A stretch of DNA of 64,000 nt from Octopus bimaculoides. Taxonomy: Eukaryota. The notes under the pieces were generated by a model. The model worked only from the letters and a program-made list of their open reading frames with translations, did not search any database and was not told where the DNA came from. The stretch covers positions 192,423,729-192,487,728 of the forward strand of contig NC_068981.1 of assembly GCF_001194135.2 (NCBI RefSeq), read 5' to 3'. This document shows positions 35,570-48,900 of the stretch, one piece after another (the stretch's first letter is position 1; each line of letters starts with the position of its first letter). Position numbers and translations under genes: made by a program.

Positions 35570-35723
35570 TTATATTAAAGGGTGTGGATAAACCCCACCA
35601 ACACGCTAGAAATAGACGCCAAATGGCTCTACAAACAGGTGCTAACGGAGATGTAGTTTTTAGAGCCATTTGGTGTCTATTTCTAGCGTGTTGGTGGATG
35701 TTTATCCGCATCCTTTGATATAA
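35570..35723. repeat. 154-bp hairpin (67/68-bp arms, 19-nt loop) downstream of the CEP76 stop
   Basis: 35570-35636 is the reverse complement of 35656-35723 with 6 substitutions and 1 indel. Confidence 0.92.
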
Positions 35724-35818
35724 TTATTAATTAGTATAAATTGTAACCCGTATGTTTTTTTTTTATTTCATGCTGGCCACTTGATAAAATCATTAAAGTG
35801 GTTTTATCCTTAATTTTG

Positions 35819-35856
<38 letters not shown>

Positions 35857-36085
35857 AAGGATGTGTTATACTATTCCATAACCATACCAACAATCCAACA
35901 TACCTCCATCATCAGCTGCCCCACGGATATCATTATGGTTTTGACACCTGGACAGTGCCATTCAATCCTGCAGTGTCAACACACACACACACACATATAT
36001 ACACTTTCATCTGAAGTTTACAGTGGCATGAAACTCAAGTTGTGAGATAAACTCTCAGCAACAGTTACACGTGTGTGTGTATGTG

Positions 36086-36144
<59 letters not shown>

Positions 36145-36813
36145 CCATATATATATATAGCCATATCTTTTATCTTTTACCTCTTTCAGTCATTGAGCTG
36201 CCTTAAAGGGATTAATCGAACAAAAACAAATCACCCTCAGCACTTATATTTAAGTCTGTTACTTATTGTCAGTTCCTTTTGCCGAACCGCTAAGTTATGG
36301 ATGTATAAAGAAATTGATACAAGTTGTCAGGCAGTGTGGTAGAGACAAAAACACACACACACCAATACGCACACATGTGTGCAACAAGCTTCTATATAAA
36401 AGGCATTGGTTATCTAGGCCCTATAATAGGAGACATCTACCCAAGGTGCCATGCAGTGGGATTGAACCCAAAACTGTGGTTGTGCAAAGTGTTCTTAACC
36501 ACACACCCATGCCTGCATGATGTGTTTGTGTGTGTGTGTATTTTTGACAGGGACTTAAAAGTTTTGGCCACTCAAGCCGTTGTTGGACTGCTGATAATGG
36601 CTTAACTGGTCAAAACTTTGAAGTCACTGTCAACCATATTCTTGTTTAAGAATAAACTTGTATAGAGTAACCCCTCAGATTAACGTAAAATTGTCTTTAT
36701 TGTAACGAAACATAAAAGCAATAAAATGTATATAAAATTAATACTCAGCAATTACAGAGTGGCTTAAGGGGCTGAGAGTTTCATGCATTGATTTTCCTGT
36801 TTGCATCACCAAA

Positions 36814-36852
<39 letters not shown>

Positions 36853-39800
36853 ATATAAATGTATGCATATGGTAGCTGAAGTTATTGAATATACCAAGGA
36901 TACCTCATTTCAGAAATGTATGGTTGTATTAATCCTAAAATGAATTTATTTAAACGTTTATAGAAGTAAAATTACTTTACATAGTTTATTGTTATTGTTC
37001 AATTTAAAAAGATCACCAGCTATGTTATCTTTCATGTTGAACATTTATTTTTTAATTAATTCTAGAAATGTTTTTTCTTGTTTGTGTATTCATTATATGA
37101 AAATTTCCTTCTGTTTAAGTTATATTTATTTATTTTTAATTGGAAGCCCATTAAATTAATATTAGAAACCATGAAAAAAATTATGGAAATGTCTAAATAT
37201 TTTTATCAGTTTATTTGAAAAACAGTATCATGCCAGTTTAGTTTTTGGTAACTATTACAGCATCATGTTTAGATGTTGTTTTGGTTTCAGTCTTTCTCAG
37301 AATTTCTTAGTTCTAAGATACTTCCTGTTTTAAAGGAATCCAAATTAAAACCTTCCAACGAAATTTCATGTTACTGTATACGGTACACCTTTTTCTTTCT
37401 TCACCAAAAAAAATCACTCTAGATTCTAAATGCTAAGTTCGGGCTCCCATAAGCCCTATCTCTCAACTACCATATTTGTTCACTCAGATTGCTACTTTCC
37501 TAATCACTTTCACCAGTTTGATTGTCCAAATCACTCACATTGCCCGAGAAGTGTAAACTCTTTGTCTGAAGAATACACATCATTAATAATTTCCTCGTTT
37601 GCAAAGAGTGTAAGCCTTGCTTGTTTACAAGATAAAGTGTTGAGTTCATTACATGCCTGTTTTATCATAAAATTCTTCTCTTTTTCAATTAAAAACAAAA
37701 CTGAACAACAGCTCAGATGGGGGAAACACTGTTAGCAATGAGTCATAAATACACTTGACTACAAAATAGTTGTGTTTTTAGTATTTTATTTTCTCTTTTT
37801 GTGTATGTTGGTCATCACTGCTTTATCAGGAATCCAGTAGCGATTTTGTTTATGCTATTCCCAGTAGGCTAGGAACACAGTATGATAGGGCTCATGTATG
37901 AATAACATTTTGATTTTGAATATGTACAACTGAAATTGGGGTACATCTAATACACCTGTATGTCTTTTATGCTGTCAAAAGCTTAATAATACCAAAGTTG
38001 TTTTACCAAATTCTCCTTTATTTTTCAAATGAATTGAAACATTATTTCAACAGAAATATGGTAACAAAACGGTTAAATGATAAATCTCCACCTTGTGATT
38101 TTGACTTGTTCTGTTTGTGTAAAACCACATTCATTTATCTGGAGTACTATATTTGCTGGCATAAAAGTTATCTTGGTACATTATAGATGTACCCCAATTT
38201 CAGCTGCGCATATTCAGGGAGAAAAGGGTTTAGGTACATTAAAGCATGTACTACAGGTCCAACTTTGCTTATAGGACCCGGGGCAATTTTTCGATATATT
38301 TTTTTTATAAAAAAAGTGCTCTTATGTGCAGACTGATATAAGGTTTTGTTCTCTTGAGCCAAGAATTACATTCTTTAAGTACAAACAGTTTATCATTGTG
38401 AAACTCCCCACATTCTTTGGGCTCTCATAATTATATAACTGCTGCAAGCATTTTGTAAAACCATAAAACATAATTTTGAATCAAATTTTTTTTCCTGGTG
38501 TAACCATCAATTAAAACAGATAGATTATATAGATCTTGAAAGTGATTTTTATAGTAATAATATAGTAATATATGTGTGTTTGTGTATTTTTTCCTTTTTA
38601 AGCTGGCAAATATGCTCTGGAAAAATTTATTACAGATTTCCTTATTGGTATTAAACTGCTGAGATTAAAAGATTTCCTGATAGTTTTTTCTATCATTAGT
38701 TTATAATTTTGATAAGGGACTGATTTTTAAAAATAAATCTTGCTTTCTGTGTTGCTAATTCAAAGATCAATTTTATCAATTACATCACTTATCATTTTAC
38801 ATGATTAATCAGCATATTTGAGACTAATTAAGTCAATTTTTATTCTCAGTAATTAAGAACTTTTTTCAGAATACAATCAATCTCTGTAACATTAGCTGCC
38901 GACTTTTTTTTAACATTTTGATCCTCTATTGACAAGGTGAAAACTATTTTGAATTTGTATTTTTATAGTATGAAAAATGTTTGGGTTTGGGGTAATAGTC
39001 CCACACTAATGAAAAATGTTTATGAGTTGAGGTTTATTAGTTGCACACCTAACTAGGTTTGGGGCACCAGTTTCATTCCTTAGTGGATTAAGGGTACCAC
39101 ACAACATTGAAACAACAATCTCAAGTGGATTTAATAATAGTTTCTTATTTAAGCAGAAGGCTAGCAGATTTGAGGGGAAGAGATTCATTGATGCCATCAA
39201 CTTGTACTCCATTGACTCCAATGAAATAAAAAGACAAAGTTGGCCATGGCAGGATTTGAACTCAGACTGTAAAAGAGTCAAAAGAAGTACTGCAAGGCAT
39301 TTTGTCTGATGCTCTAATGATTCTGCCAATCCATCACCCTAAAAGGTGGATTTAATAACTAAAAAGTTTGAATATTATGTGTTTTAATACTAAATACCAG
39401 ATTGGAAAGGGTTATTACATATAGACCAGCTGATATGTATCGTTGCAAAAGGTTATTAGATAGGATCAGCTGATATTACAAAAGGTTATTCAACAGTTAT
39501 TAGTGATCCTCTTAGGTAGAAATGAACTGATACATAATTGTATTTTAATACAATGATGCTAATAACCAAATAGTTTTGGTTCAGTAAATTTTGGGGTTTT
39601 TGATTTATTGATGAACTTTCTGTGAATGAGATATTTCTCCTCTGGAGGGGATAATTTTTTTATAATTTGAATATTTAAAATAAAATTTTTTAAAGACTTT
39701 CTTACTATCCATATTTTTAAATAATTAAAATCTGTCCATTAAAAAAAAAAATTCTGCCTCTATTTGTGAAATTTGGTAGTATAGTTTCCATAATTACAAC

Positions 39801-40414
39801 TGCTGGAAAGTTGAGAAATTTCAAAACATTTTCACAAGATTTTCTAAAAAAAATTCGTTGTAAATAGTGTATTTATATTTTGTAACCAAATTTCAAATCC
39901 AGCTGTTTCCTTCAAATTCTATTTTCTAAATGTGATTTGTAACAACTTCAATCATTTTTAGCCATTTTGTTGTACAACAACAAAGAAAAAAAAAGGATAA
40001 AAGCACGACATCAAAATATTTTATATTAACATTGGACTGCAAAAAAAAAAAAAAATGTTTAAAAAAAATTTAATCAAATGTAACTTCATTTTGTTGTGTT
40101 ATTTTTTCAAAGTCAGTTCCAATGTTACAACTTGTTATATTTTCTTTCATGTTATTCCTAGAGTTCAGTTCTTCAACAAATATCTCTAGGTTTTATAATT
40201 CATGATTCAAAAATTGTAAGTAAAAAGAGAAAAACTCATTTTGACAGATTGTGAAAGTTTGTTTAATAAAAATATTTTAAAATATTTTTGCTTGTCTTCA
40301 ATTCAGCATCCAAATAATGTTAAGTTAAACCAAGAGCTGCATCTATCTGTAAAAAAAAAATGCCACAGCAGCCAAACATTATTAGCATGTTAGACAAAAT
40401 GCTTTGTGGCATTT

Positions 40415-41379
40415 CTTTCTACTCTTACCCTTCTGAGCTCAAATCCCACCAAGGTCAACTTTGCCTTTCATCTTTTTGGGGTCAGTAAAGTACCAGTCAT
40501 GTACTGTGGTTGATGTAATCGACTAACTCCCTCCCAGATAAAATTAGTGGTTCTATGCCAAAATTTGAAACCACTATTTCAAGGCAAGGAGCTGACAGAA
40601 TTGTTAGCACTTCAGGCAAAATGCTTAGAAGCATTTCATCTGACTCTTTACATTCTGAGTTTAATTCCAGCCAAGGTAAATTTTACCTTTCATCCTTTTG
40701 GAGTCGATATAATAAATACCAGTTGAGCACTGGCGATCAATATGCTTGACTTCACCCCGCCCACTAAAAGTTCAGACCCGATGCTAAAATTAGAAAGAAT
40801 TGTTTCAATCTGTATAGAAGGGAGGTAATGTGAAAACTTAGATTTCTGGTGGTGCTTTGGTTGTTTGATGCCTGTTATCTAGATTTATTTGACAAGAATA
40901 CAGTGTGTACGATTGTTTAATGAACACAGGACTTCTCATACAGAACCAAATGTTCTTACCTACCCCACACCATGCACACAAACAGATTGAAACAATTCTT
41001 TCTAATTTTAGCATCGGGTCTGAACTTTAGTGGGCGGGGTGAAGTCAAGCATATTGATCGCCAGTGCTCAACTGGTATTTATTATATCGACTCCAAAAGG
41101 ATGAAAGGTAAAATTTACCTTGGCTGGAATTAAACTCAGAATGTAAAGAGTCAGACGAAATGCTTCTAAGCATTTTGCCTGAAGTGCTAACAATTCTGTC
41201 AGCTCCTTGCCTTGAAATAGTGGTTTCAAATTTTGGCATAGAACCACTAATTTTATCTGGGAGGGAGTTAGTCGATTACATCAACCACAGTACATGACTG
41301 GTACTTTACTGACCCCAAAAAGATGAAAGGCAAAGTTGACCTTGGTGGGATTTGAGCTCAGAAGGTTAAGAGTAGAAAG
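40415..41379. repeat. Near-perfect inverted repeat, arms 40415-40813 and 40982-41379, 168-bp spacer
   Basis: Identical ORFs 40555-40749(+) and 41045-41239(-); I saw only about 3 differences between the arms. Confidence 0.95.
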
Positions 41380-44300
41380 CAGCGGTCCTCTGTTGGCATG
41401 AGTTGGACCTATGCAAATCATCATCATCATTTTCAATCTCAGTCACAGATTTTTTTAATTAATTTTTTTTAACTAAACAGTTTAAAACTTTGGATACTGG
41501 TTGAAGTTGTCATATTTGGGTAATTTTAACCAATCAATGATGAGTATTCAGCTGAAGAAAATTTCTACTGTTTGCGAAAGTAATGGAAGAGCAACAACAT
41601 CTGGGTCATCGAGTCATGAAAGAGAGAGAGAGAGGTGGGAGAAAAGTATAAAAGATAAGGTGGGTGAGAAATAGAAAGTTCTTTTATAGGGAATACATAC
41701 ATGTGTGTGCGTGTGCACTTTTTCCCATCTTATCCAATGTGTCCTTGTTTATATAATGTTAGCTTGTGACATTCATTGAGAGAGATTTGGCTGTTATTTC
41801 CAGCAAATTGTAGAGAGAGAATGGTGGTGTGTTGATGATCTGAACGACAGCTTATATAAACTTACCAATCCCCTACCACTGCATTATCAATTTATTAAAT
41901 CCTCTCCTTTTTCTTGCTTCCATTCGGGATTTTATCACTGCACTCCCCACCCTTCTCTCTACTCACGCTTCTTTGGCAATGTCCTGTCGCTTATATTGCG
42001 ATCTCTGTACCTCAAGGCAGTGATGCTGGTGCATCGCTATGCCTTGATACTTCACTATGGTGCATCATTGTCCTGGTACTTGCCACCATCTATCTCTTTT
42101 ACTCAACCATCCCATTTATATTCTGATCCCTGTCCCTTGCGAGTATGCCTGGCATTTTGCCACCATCTCTCTCCTGCTGTCTCCCACTCTTCTCTCAGGC
42201 TGGGTAACCATGTATCTCTTTTACAGCAGCACCCCTGTTTCTGTCATCATTTTTCTCTCTTTCTCTAGCTGTGGGTAACCATGTACCTCCCCTACAGCAA
42301 GACACCTGTTTCTGTCTGTCTCATTATAACCTTTCATCATCTGACACAAGATCACCTCCGATGCCCCCTCCCCTCTCAAAGGATCTTTGTCTTGCAAATT
42401 ACTTGGTAACCCTGCCACTGCTGGTGCCACTTAAATAAGTCCATCCTGTAAAGTGGTTGGTGTTTGGAAGGGCATCCAGCTGTATAAAACATGCCAAAAC
42501 TGACCTCGCCTGTGCTTGTGCCATGTAAAAAACACTTAGTCCCCTCATCTAGCCATAAAAATCCTGCCAAAACAGACAGTCTGGTGCAGGTTCCTGCCTG
42601 GCCAACTCCTGTCAAACAGTTCTACCCATGTCAGCATGGAAGGCAGACGTTAAATGATGATGATGATCCAGTTGTAGAAACCATGCTAAAACAAATGAGC
42701 CTGGCATGGCTTCCAACCTTGCCAGCTCCTGTCAAACCGTCCAACCCATGTCAGTATGGAAAGCAGATGCTAAATGATGATGATGTATGTGAATCCTTCA
42801 TCACCATCATACTTGTGGTGTTATTCATGTGCGATTTTCTGTGAAAACATGTTCCTCCATTGTGCTACTTATGTTTGAAGGAATCAGGGAACTGTTTACC
42901 TTACTTGGAAAGAGGTGAGGGCATGAAGAGTCATAGAATACCTCTGCTTTAATGAATTTGGCCTGACCCATTCAAGCATGGAAATGTGGATGTTAAAATA
43001 TTATGATGGTGATAAGGCTATTTTTAACCATACACCCTGAGTCAGTTTAAGGGGAATGGTTTACACAGGGGCACTGCTCCCTACTCATCTGATAATATAC
43101 AAAAGTGAAGGAATGCAACAGAAGCAGATCCAATCGAAAGCCAAACCTTTAGGAATAAATAGACTTAGTATTTATTTAAGAACAGAGATTCCACTGATTT
43201 TGGTCAAGTGTTCTGTGTTAGCCTTAGTCTTTACTATTTAAATCAACAAATAAACTATTTAGGTCTTCTGTTGTTAGACCCAGGTAAGTTCTGATCACAG
43301 GTCTATGATCAAAAGGTGCTCCAGTCATAATTGTCTAATGTCCACTTTTTCATGCTTGCATCCATCAGAAGTGATTTGCTGAATAATAGTTTTTTTGGCA
43401 GGATGTTTTTCTTGTGGCTAACCCTCACTTGTTTCTGAGCAATGTAATATATTTCCCCCAGTCTTTTGAACACAAATAGCACAAGGGCCAGATGTAGTTC
43501 CCTGGAAAACTGAGAACAACTGACACTATTGTTTGTTTATAATTAGCATATGATACTAAAACAAGGTAATAAGAACATACACATATACATATATATATGA
43601 TGGGCTTCTTTCAGTTTCTGTCTACCAAATCAACTTACAAGACTTAGATCAAGCCAGGACCACAGTAGAAAACACTTGCCCAAGAAGACACTTGCCATGT
43701 TGTGGGATTGAACTGGCAAAAACATGGCTATGAACCAAACTTGTTAATTACAGCCATGCCTGCTCCTCATCTCATTTTCAGGCATTATCAAAAAATATGT
43801 TATAAAATGTATCCTTCTTTTTTAAAGACTGTAAGATGTGGTTTATTGAAGATTTGGCTGCTATGCCTAGTCGATCAAGTGACCATGTAAAGCTCCTTCC
43901 ATATCTGTATTAGTTGTATATTTTTTTATTTGCATTTTCATCCAAATAACTACAATTTCTGCTGGAACTCATAGATCCTAAAATACATTCTGGAAGTTTT
44001 TCTCAGCTGGTTTCATAACAACTAAGGAGACATAAAAAATGCTGGAATGTAATAATTATTTTACAACATTCTACTGAATACAACCAGAATCCTTCTCCAA
44101 GAAGTGTACATCATAATTCCAAGTCAAAGCTGGGATTACTTTACTTTTAGAAAAATAAGAAAACATTTTGTTTTGCTGTATCAACAGAGGAAAATAACTT
44201 TTCAGAGAAAAGGTATTATATTTCTTTTATTACTAAAACAAAACCAAATCATCAGATGTGAACAGTTGTGATAAGATTCCAAGTTATTTAAGTTATCTGA

Positions 44301-45057
44301 TACCTGTAACTCAGAGATTTGGATAAACTGTGGAAAATAATAAAATCTATAGAATTTAGATAAAGGAATTTTCGACTTTTTTGGTTTACACGTCCAGAAT
44401 TGAGATCATTTCAAGTTATAGAATTGCCACACAAGTGGCAGTCGATAACTGTTTCTAATTGAGGCAGAGGGCCAACAATTTTGAAAGGAGTGAAGGGGTT
44501 AGTCAAGACCATCAACTCTAGTACTTGATTGTTTCTTCATTTTTGTCAACACTGAAAGGATGAAGGCAAAGAGGACCTAAGAAAGATTTGATCTCAGAAC
44601 ATAAAGAGCTGGAAGATGTACTATGGGCATTTTGTTGGATGCTCTGATGATTCTGTCAAACCATGACCCTCCAGTGGTAATAAATAAAAATGGATCTCTG
44701 TTGTTTAATGTTGAGTATTCAGTTTCAATGAACTGAATTAATGTGTAAGTGGTTGAGTATTCCACAGACATGTGTGACAAAGCTGTACCTTTTGAATTAC
44801 AGTTACAATCCACCCGATGGGCTTTCCATCTTTCTACCAAAGTTCATTCACAAGATTCAAGGGCTACAGAAAATGATATTTGCCCAAGATGCCATGCAGT
44901 AGGATTAACCATTTGACCATACTCTGCCTGGTGGCAATTAAAAATAAATGCTCAGTAATTTGTTGACCGACATATCAAGGTAAATGCATGTGTATGTGTG
45001 AGAGAGAGAAAAATATATATAACTTATAATGAATGCAATGAAGCACAAAGAATATAT

Positions 45058-45064
45058 ATGTATG

Positions 45065-45124
<60 letters not shown>

Positions 45125-45145
45125 GATAAATATAAATATATATAC
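45058..45145. repeat. (TA)n microsatellite
   Basis: Long TA run; similar runs near 17470, 30838, 35521, 35824, 36085, 36818, 52737. Confidence 0.95.
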
Positions 45146-45187
45146 ACATATACTTGCTACAAGCACAGTATTTATTGTTATACTCCT

Positions 45188-45414
45188 TTAACCCTTTTGT
45201 TACCATATTTCTGTGGAAATACATTGCTTTTGTTTCAATTATTCTTGAAAATAATGAAAAAATCTCAGTAAAAAAACTTTGTCATTATTAAGCTGATGTT
45301 TGAAACAAAAATTATCATGAAATTTTGATGGAAGGTTTTAATTTAGATCAAAATAGGAAGTTTATATTACAGAAACAGGGGCAGCCTCAGGTAGGTTGGT
45401 ATCAAAAGGGTTAA
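45188..45414 (+). mobile_element. TTAA-flanked MITE (piggyBac-like termini)
   Basis: TTAA-CCCTTTTGTTACCA ... TGGTATCAAAAGGG-TTAA. Confidence 0.7.
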
Positions 45415-45710
45415 TTTAAGAGTTTTTCGAAATTTTTCAAGTCAGTTAATTAGTATGTGACAACTAATGACATTTGACAGGTAATGGTACGTGGTGGTAG
45501 TAAGTATAGGATGATCACGCAAGCAAGTTTGTTGTTTTTTTTTTTCCCTGTTGTTTTGCACCCAAATGGGTTTCGTGTATTTCTTACAGAGGTAAAAAAT
45601 CAACACTAAGAACTGACACCAATGCAAAAAAAAATGGAACACAACTGGAATATCATCCGTAACTGTATTGGTACAGACAAAAAAGTCCAAAGGAATTGGC
45701 TTGGAATGGA

Positions 45711-45951
45711 TTAGAGGTCAGCTTTGGGTGCCAGTGAAACTGGAATGGCTTTCATTTCTGATCTCATGCATAAAAATTCTCCAGACACAGTCATTAGAAT
45801 GAGAGATATGATATTAGTTAACCACCAATAAAAGTTCTGTGGAAACCGAGCATTATAAATCCAGCAACAAAAGAAGTGGATTATATGTACTGTTGCAGCA
45901 TAGTCCAGGCATTGTTTAGTTTTTTGAACAACAATCCATAATCCAAAAGCA
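45711..45951 (-). CDS. SYS1: SYS1 coding exon 3 (terminal)
   Basis: tttttcag|...AFGLWIVVQKTKQCLDY...PVSLAPKADL*. Confidence 0.95.
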
Positions 45952-48900
45952 CTGAAAAATAAAACCAAAAATAAAACATCAACATAAATTGTGAGGAAGA
46001 GGAGGAGGAGGAGGAGAGATGAAAATACATGACTTTTATATTATTATTATTTATCTTTTAAGTAAGGTGATGAGCTGGTAGAATCGTTAGCACGTTGGAT
46101 GAAATGTTTAGCAGACTTTCACCTGTCACCTGGCAGAAACGTTAGCACGCCGGGTGAAATGCTTAGCAGTATTTCGTCTGCTGTTACGTTCTGAGTTCAA
46201 ATTCCGCTGAGGTCGACTTTGCCTTTCATCCTTTTGGGGGTCGATAAATTAAGTACCAGTTACGCACTGGGTCGATGTAATCGACTTAATCCCTTTGTCT
46301 GTCCTTGTTTGTCCCCTCTGTGTTTAGCCCCTTGTGGGCAATAAAGAAATAAGAATTTCACCTGTCGCTACGTTCTGAGTTCAAATTCTACGGAGGTCAA
46401 CTTTGACTTCCATATTTTCGGGGTCGATAAAATAAGTACCAGTTGAACACTAGGGTCTATGTAAGCAACTCATCCCCACCTCCCACAAGCTGCCCTTGTG
46501 ACAAAAAATTTAAAATAATTATCTTTTATGTTTTTACTTATTTCAGTCTTTAGACTGTGGCCATACTGAGTTTAGTTGAATAAATTGACCCCAGTACTTA
46601 TTCTATTGGCCACTTTTGCTGAACTGCTAAGTTATGGGAACATAAACAAACCAATACCAGTTGCCAAGCAGTAGTGGAGGACAAACACACACACACAATA
46701 TATATAAATATGGGTGCAGGTGTGACTTTGTGACAAGAAGCTTGCTTCCCAACCATATGGTTCTGGGTTCAGTCAGGCAGTGCAGCACCTTTGGCAAGTG
46801 CCATTTACTGTAGCCTTGGGCTCACCAAAGCCATGTGAGTGGATCTGGTAGATGGAAACTGAAAATTTGTCGTATATATACATGGGCATGGCTGTGTGGT
46901 TAGGAAGCTTTCTTCCCAGCTACATGGTTTCAGGTTCAGTCCCACCGCGTGGCACCTTGGGCAAGTGTCTTCTGCTATAGCCCCAGGCCGACCGAAGGTT
47001 TGTGATTTAATTTGGTAGGTGGAAGTTACTGCCGCATGTGTATATGTCTGTGTATGTGCTTGTGCCTCTCCAAGAGAGAGGGATATATATATGTGTGTGT
47101 GTGTATAAATCTATGTGTCTGCCCCCTCTCCAACACTTGACAACTGGTGTTGGTGTGTTTACATCCCTGCGACTTAGTGGTTCAATAAAAGAGACTGATA
47201 GAATAAGTAGCAGGCTTTAAAAAAAGTAAGTACAGGTGGGATCGATTCATTAAACAAAAAATTCTTAAAGACAGTGCCCCAGCATAACCACAATTTAACA
47301 ACCGAAACACATAAAATATATATATATCGTCGTCGTTTAACGTCCGCTTTCCATGCTAGCATGGATTGGACGATTTGACTGAGGACTGGTGAAACCAGAT
47401 GGCTACACCAGGCTNNNNNNNNNNGGACTGGTGAAACCAGATGGCTACACCAGGCTCCAATCTGATTTGGCAGAGTTTCTACAGCTGGATGCCCTTCCTA
47501 ACGCACACACACATTATATATGTATATGCTGGTGGCACATAACAAGCACCATCTGAGTATGGCCAATGCCAGTGCTGCCTGACTGGCACCTGTGCTAGTG
47601 GCACATAAAAAGCATCATTCAAGCATGGCCGATGCCAGTGCCACCTGACTGGCACATAAAAAGCACCATTTGAGCATGGCCGATGCCAGTGCTGCCTGAC
47701 TGGCCCCCATGCTGGTGGCATGTAAAAAGCACCCACTACACTCTTGGAGTGGTTGGCATTTGGAAGAACACCTAGCTGTAGAAGCCTTTCCAAATCAGAT
47801 TGAAGCCTGGTGTAACCTCCTGGCTTGCCAGTCCTCAGTCAAACTGTCCAACCCATGCCAGCATGGAAAGCAGACGTTAAACGATGACGATGATGTATAT
47901 TGTGGACTCTCTGGGTTGCCAGTCCCCCAGTCAAACCGTCCAACCCTGACAGATGAGGATTCTGCAACTTGTTGCTTAACACCCTGCACAGATGATTTGT
48001 GTATAGCGATTAAATGTTTGTGCTGTCCATTTTTTTTCACTTCTGTCACCAAATCAACATTGCTTGTACAGGTGCACAGTGTGCCACGCATTAGATGTTG
48101 AAGTGATTGCAGAGCAGCATGAAACAAAGTATTTTATTCAAGAAACAAAGCACTGTCCAGTCTGGGAATCGAACTCATGATCATGCAATTGTGAGTACAA
48201 CACTTAAACCACTAAGCCACATGTCCTCATATATACATACAAACATATATATATATATATATGTATGTATATATGTGTGTGTGCTGGTGGCACGTAAAAA
48301 GCACCCACTACACTCTTGGAGTGGTTGGCATTAAGAAGGGCATCCAGCTGTAGAAACCTTGCCAGATCATATTGGAGCGAGGTGTAGCCTCCTGGCTCGC
48401 CAGTCCTCAGTCAAATTGTCCAACCCATGCCAGCATGGAAAACAGACATTAAACAATGACGACGACGATGATTGATATATATGTATGTATGTATATATGT
48501 ATGTATGTATATATGTATGTATATGTGTGAAGGGAAAGGTCATTATGTATGTCAGTAACATAGATAAAACATAATGAGGATAATAAGAAATAAACCATGA
48601 CTCACCAACATAAAGAATTGATAGCAAACCCAATGGCATTTATTCGACCGCTATCTTCCCCAAAATCCAAATCCTGTAACAAAGAGATAAATAATCAACA
48701 ATTATTGATAAAATAAAACAGTTATGTAACAAGGATGAATAAACATGTGTAGAATAAAGAATATTGACTAACCATCATGTATATTTCTAAAATAAAATTA
48801 AAAAGTATGAGTAATCAAAAAGATTTCTTGGTTTCAAAATGATATTTCCTTCATTCGTTTGTGCGATTACTGCTTTTTAATTAATAAGAAATTTCTAAAG

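Noticed and set aside
40555-41239. Two identical 64-aa ORFs suggesting a duplicated gene
   Set aside because: They are SINE sequence inside the inverted-repeat arms.
47383-47456. Identical 32-bp direct repeat flanking a 10-N gap
   Set aside because: Typical unmerged contig overlap inside a repeat; not a TSD.
47530-47760. CRISPR-like regular repeats
   Set aside because: Units are contiguous with no unique spacers, part of the RTE 3' UTR, in a eukaryotic context with no cas genes.
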